Notes under the pieces: model-generated
The model's input: only the letters and a program-made list of their open reading frames with translations
Databases searched by the model: none
Told to the model about the DNA's origin: nothing
Shown here: piece after piece, positions 15,671-18,226 of the stretch
Layout of the letters: every line of letters begins with the position of its first letter
Numbering within the stretch: position 1 is the stretch's first letter
Origin: Candidatus Methylomirabilota bacterium
GTDB taxonomy: Bacteria > Methylomirabilota > Methylomirabilia > Rokubacteriales > CSP1-6
Direction: 5' to 3'
NCBI GenBank assembly: GCA_046726415.1
Contig: JBKPAK010000341.1
Span: 1 to 18,226 of the forward strand
Length of the DNA: 18,226 nt
Made by a program: the position numbers and the translations under genes

Positions 15671-16885
15671 CTACGCGGGCAAAGTGCAGCCGGTGCCGGG
15701 ATCCCTGACGTCGGCGATCCGGTCGATCACCACGTTGTTGAGGCCGCCGGCGACCTCCTTCACCTCGCGGACATAGATATAGGGTTGGATCACGTTCTGC
15801 GTCTTGGGATCAAAGCGAAAGCGCCCCCGCGGGCTGTCGAACTCCACCTTGCCGATGACGTCGACCAGCTTCGCCTTATCCTGCGTGTTGCCATTGACCG
15901 CCTTGAGCGCGCGCAGGATGACCTCGGCCGTGTCGTACCCCTGACAGGCGAAGCCGTCGGGCATCTTGCCGCCGAACTTCTCGCGGAAGTCCTTCACGAA
16001 GCGCTGGTTGGTGGGGTTGTCGAGCAGCGGCGTATAGAAGTGTCCGGTAATGATCCCCAGCGCCGACGGGCCCTGGGCCGGGAGAACGTCCGGTTCGGTG
16101 AGGAATCCGGCACCGGTCAGCTTCACGGCGCCCTTCAGACCGAACTGGTCGTACTGCTTCACGAAGTTGACCGCATCGGAACCCGAGAAGAAAGCGAAGA
16201 CGGTTTTGGCGCCTGACTGCTTGATCTTCGTGAGGTAAGGCGCGTAGTCCGTCTCGCCGAGCTTGGGATAATCCTCGGCGAGGACCTTGCCCCCGGCGGG
16301 AACAAACGTCTCGCGGAACGCCGCCATCATGTCCTTCCCCGCCTGGTAGTTGGGCGCGATCTGGAACACGTCCTTGGCGACGTGCTTGGCCACCCAACCT
16401 CCCATCGGCTGACAGGGCTGCCAGTTGGAAAATGATGCGCGAAAGATCCACCGCGAGCACCGTCCCCGGCTGATGTCATCGGCCCCCGCGTTGGAGACGA
16501 TGAGGATCGTCTTGGTGCTGTGCACCTTGTCTCGGATTCCCGCCAGGACACCACTGTGGACGGGGCCGGTCAGGATGTCCACCTTGTCGGCCTCGATCAG
16601 CTTCTCCGCCTTGCGAATCCCCACCGGGGGCTTCGACTCGTCGTCCTCCTTTATCATTTCGATCTTGCGCCCGGCCACCGTCCAGCTCTCGCGGGCGAAG
16701 ACGAGCTCCATGCCTTGGGTGATGCTCTCCCCGAGCACGGCGTAGACGCCAGAATATGGCAGCAGGACGCCGACCTTGATCGGCGCTCCCTGGGCATGAC
16801 CGCGACGGACCCATGGCCCCACCGCCGCACTGGCAGCCGTCGCGGCCCCTCCCGCGAGCAGTGTTCGACGTGTCAGCGTCCTCAT
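15671..16885 (-). CDS. ABC transporter substrate-binding protein (LivJ/K fold, aromatic-acid-binding type) with twin-arginine signal
   Basis: 404 aa; TRRTLL Tat motif and an AxA-like site (GHAQ); IKVGVLLPYSG, DDESKP, VHSGV, NAGAD, FRASF, DSPRG. Strong SD GGAGGAGG upstream. Confidence 0.92.
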   Translation of the reverse strand: MRTLTRRTLLAGGAATAASAAVGPWVRRGHAQGAPIKVGVLLPYSGVYAVLGESITQGMELVFARESWTVAGRKIEMIKEDDESKPPVGIRKAEKLIEADKVDILTGPVHSGVLAGIRDKVHSTKTILIVSNAGADDISRGRCSRWIFRASFSNWQPCQPMGGWVAKHVAKDVFQIAPNYQAGKDMMAAFRETFVPAGGKVLAEDYPKLGETDYAPYLTKIKQSGAKTVFAFFSGSDAVNFVKQYDQFGLKGAVKLTGAGFLTEPDVLPAQGPSALGIITGHFYTPLLDNPTNQRFVKDFREKFGGKMPDGFACQGYDTAEVILRALKAVNGNTQDKAKLVDVIGKVEFDSPRGRFRFDPKTQNVIQPYIYVREVKEVAGGLNNVVIDRIADVRDPGTGCTLPA

Positions 16886-16928
16886 GGTGATTCCTCCTCC
16901 GCGAGGTTGGCGCCCGGAGAGCGCTCCA

Positions 16929-16957
16929 AGACTACACGAACGTTTCCGATCACGGAA
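16929..16957 (-). promoter_or_regulatory. Putative internal promoter for the ABC operon with an overlapping inverted repeat
   Basis: Minus strand TTCCGT (16957-16952), 17-nt spacer, TAGTCT (16934-16929); inverted repeat TTCCG-ATCA-CGGAA at 16944-16957. Confidence 0.4.
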
Positions 16958-17058
16958 CCCGGCGCCGGCCCGGGAGATCCCCGCGGCGGCCCGGGGCAGC
17001 GCGGCGCTCCTTCTCCTCGGTCATCGAGAAGTCCCGACGGCGAGGCAGGCGACGCCCT

Positions 17059-17902
17059 CTACCTCGCGGTCAGCGAGAGGACATAGTTACCGGTTCCCGA
17101 CGAGGGCCCATACGCGTGAGCGAGAGCGGTGAACCGCCCTCCGGATTCCATGAGGACCCCAAGCACCATCGCCAGATGCCGGCCGCCCATTTCGGGTTCG
17201 GCTTCCTTCGCGTACTCGGGGAGCCACGCCCAGGCGCCCGGGTAATCGCCCGCCGCCAGCATTCGCACCAGCCGATGGTCCAGTTCCTGGTCGCGCGCGC
17301 TTGGCCACCTTTCTGGTCCGCGCACGAGTTTATGCGACACGCTCCCGCTGGCCACGAAGGCGGCCCGCCGTCCGGTCTCTCGAATCGCCGTGGCGATGTG
17401 GCGGCCCCACCGGAAGCTCTCGTCGAGATCGCTGAGCAGGCAGACGGAGACCGGGACCACGGGCGTTCGCTGCGCCGTGTCGAGATAACATACGAGTGGC
17501 ATCACGGTCCCATAGTCGAGGGGATAGTGAATGTCATTGGCCAGGGTGCAAGCGTTCACCGGCGGCCCGGCCTCGCTCTATCATGGCCGAGGCCAGGACA
17601 TAGTCGCCAGGAAAGTCGTACTCCACGCCGTGGATCAACTCGGGCGCCTCCTGAGCGGTGAGCACCCCGCGGTGTCGCGGGGTACCGTCCACCACGACGG
17701 GAAACGTCGTGATGAGATGGCATGAATTGATGATGATCACGTCGGACCGCCCGTCCGCGAGAAGGCGCCCCTGCTCGACCATTCCGTCGCGCACCGGCCC
17801 GAAGTCGGGGTGGGCGAGCTTCCGCGCGAAGGCCGCCTCCAGGGTGCAGTAGCGCGGAGTGTGGACGGACAGATAGGCCCCCGTCACGCAACCCCGGTTC
17901 AT
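17059..17902 (-). pseudogene. Class III (LigB/HpaD-like) extradiol ring-cleavage dioxygenase, split by one frameshift near 17550 (pseudogene or sequencing indel)
   Basis: ORF 17534-17902 has SVHTP, NSCH and YDFPGD; ORF 17059-17559 has LDYGTVMPL, VASGSVSH and EPEMGG. The span is 844 nt (3n+1); removing one base gives a continuous 280-aa protein. Confidence 0.85.
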
Positions 17903-17958
17903 CGGATCACTCCCGTCCTCGCGACCTCACCTGCACCAGCTCGCTCCAGGTTCTCTCG

Positions 17959-18225
17959 TCAGGGCTCCCGCAGCCGCGCCGCCACTTCGTGGGGGATCGG
18001 ACGGCTGCACAGAGGCGCGCTCGGCATCGTGGGCACGCCCACCCACGCGCGCACCTCGAAGCCTCGCGCGCAGAGCCGATCGCCAACGGCAATCTCGTGC
18101 TCGACGCGGAAGACTTTCTCGCCCACCCACGCCACGACGGTGTGGATGGTGACGATGTCGCCGTAGCGGACCGGCGCCATGAAGCGCGAGCCCGACTCCA
18201 CGATGGGCACCCCCACGATGCCGTA
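17959..18225 (-). CDS. Acyl-CoA thioesterase, 4-hydroxybenzoyl-CoA thioesterase (hot-dog) family; 5' end outside the window
   Basis: Frame open to the window edge: YGIVGVPIVESGSRFMAPVRYGD...FRVEHEI...LCARGFEVRAW...RPIP, matching the C-terminal half of 4HBT-like thioesterases. Confidence 0.8.
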   Translation of the reverse strand, partial: YGIVGVPIVESGSRFMAPVRYGDIVTIHTVVAWVGEKVFRVEHEIAVGDRLCARGFEVRAWVGVPTMPSAPLCSRPIPHEVAARLREP

Positions 18226-18226
18226 C

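Noticed and set aside
17534..17570. Programmed ribosomal frameshift or natural two-subunit dioxygenase
   Set aside because: No slippery run is visible, there is no SD for GTG 17559, and the break falls mid-domain.
1..18226. CRISPR array, tRNA/rRNA, transposase/integrase, phage or defence genes
   Set aside because: No regularly spaced repeats or cloverleaf seen, all spacers are under 180 bp, and every credible CDS belongs to a housekeeping or metabolic family.

Overview
GC-rich bacterial window, almost fully coding, in three blocks. (1) 30-5294 (+): protein quality control cluster htrA/degP, a DnaJ-family co-chaperone with only half a zinc finger, and clpB; no dnaK/grpE in the window. (2) 5457-11388: MFS transporter and MaoC dehydratase (+) converge on an acyl-CoA ligase and a non-canonical GGT-like Ntn hydrolase (-), which is divergent from a PuuD-like C26 hydrolase (+). 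(3) 11436-18226 (-): a probable aromatic-acid uptake/catabolism run of a partial 4HBT-like thioesterase, a LigB/HpaD-type extradiol dioxygenase broken by one frameshift, a five-gene Liv-type ABC importer with a Tat-exported binding protein resembling benzoate-binding proteins, and a LACTB2-like metallo-hydrolase. Best oddities: a 56-bp insertion with 8-bp direct repeats between livH and livM that creates a doubly coupled 19-aa ORF, the dioxygenase frameshift, the GGT-like enzyme lacking glutamate-binding residues, -10 boxes directly upstream of start codons (leaderless-type), and REP-like intergenic palindromes. I saw no rRNA, tRNA, CRISPR array, transposase, phage or defence gene, and no clear-cut novel system; the catabolic cluster is the best candidate and remains an inference. 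Gene content and style are reminiscent of Rokubacteria/Methylomirabilota, which is an unverified impression.
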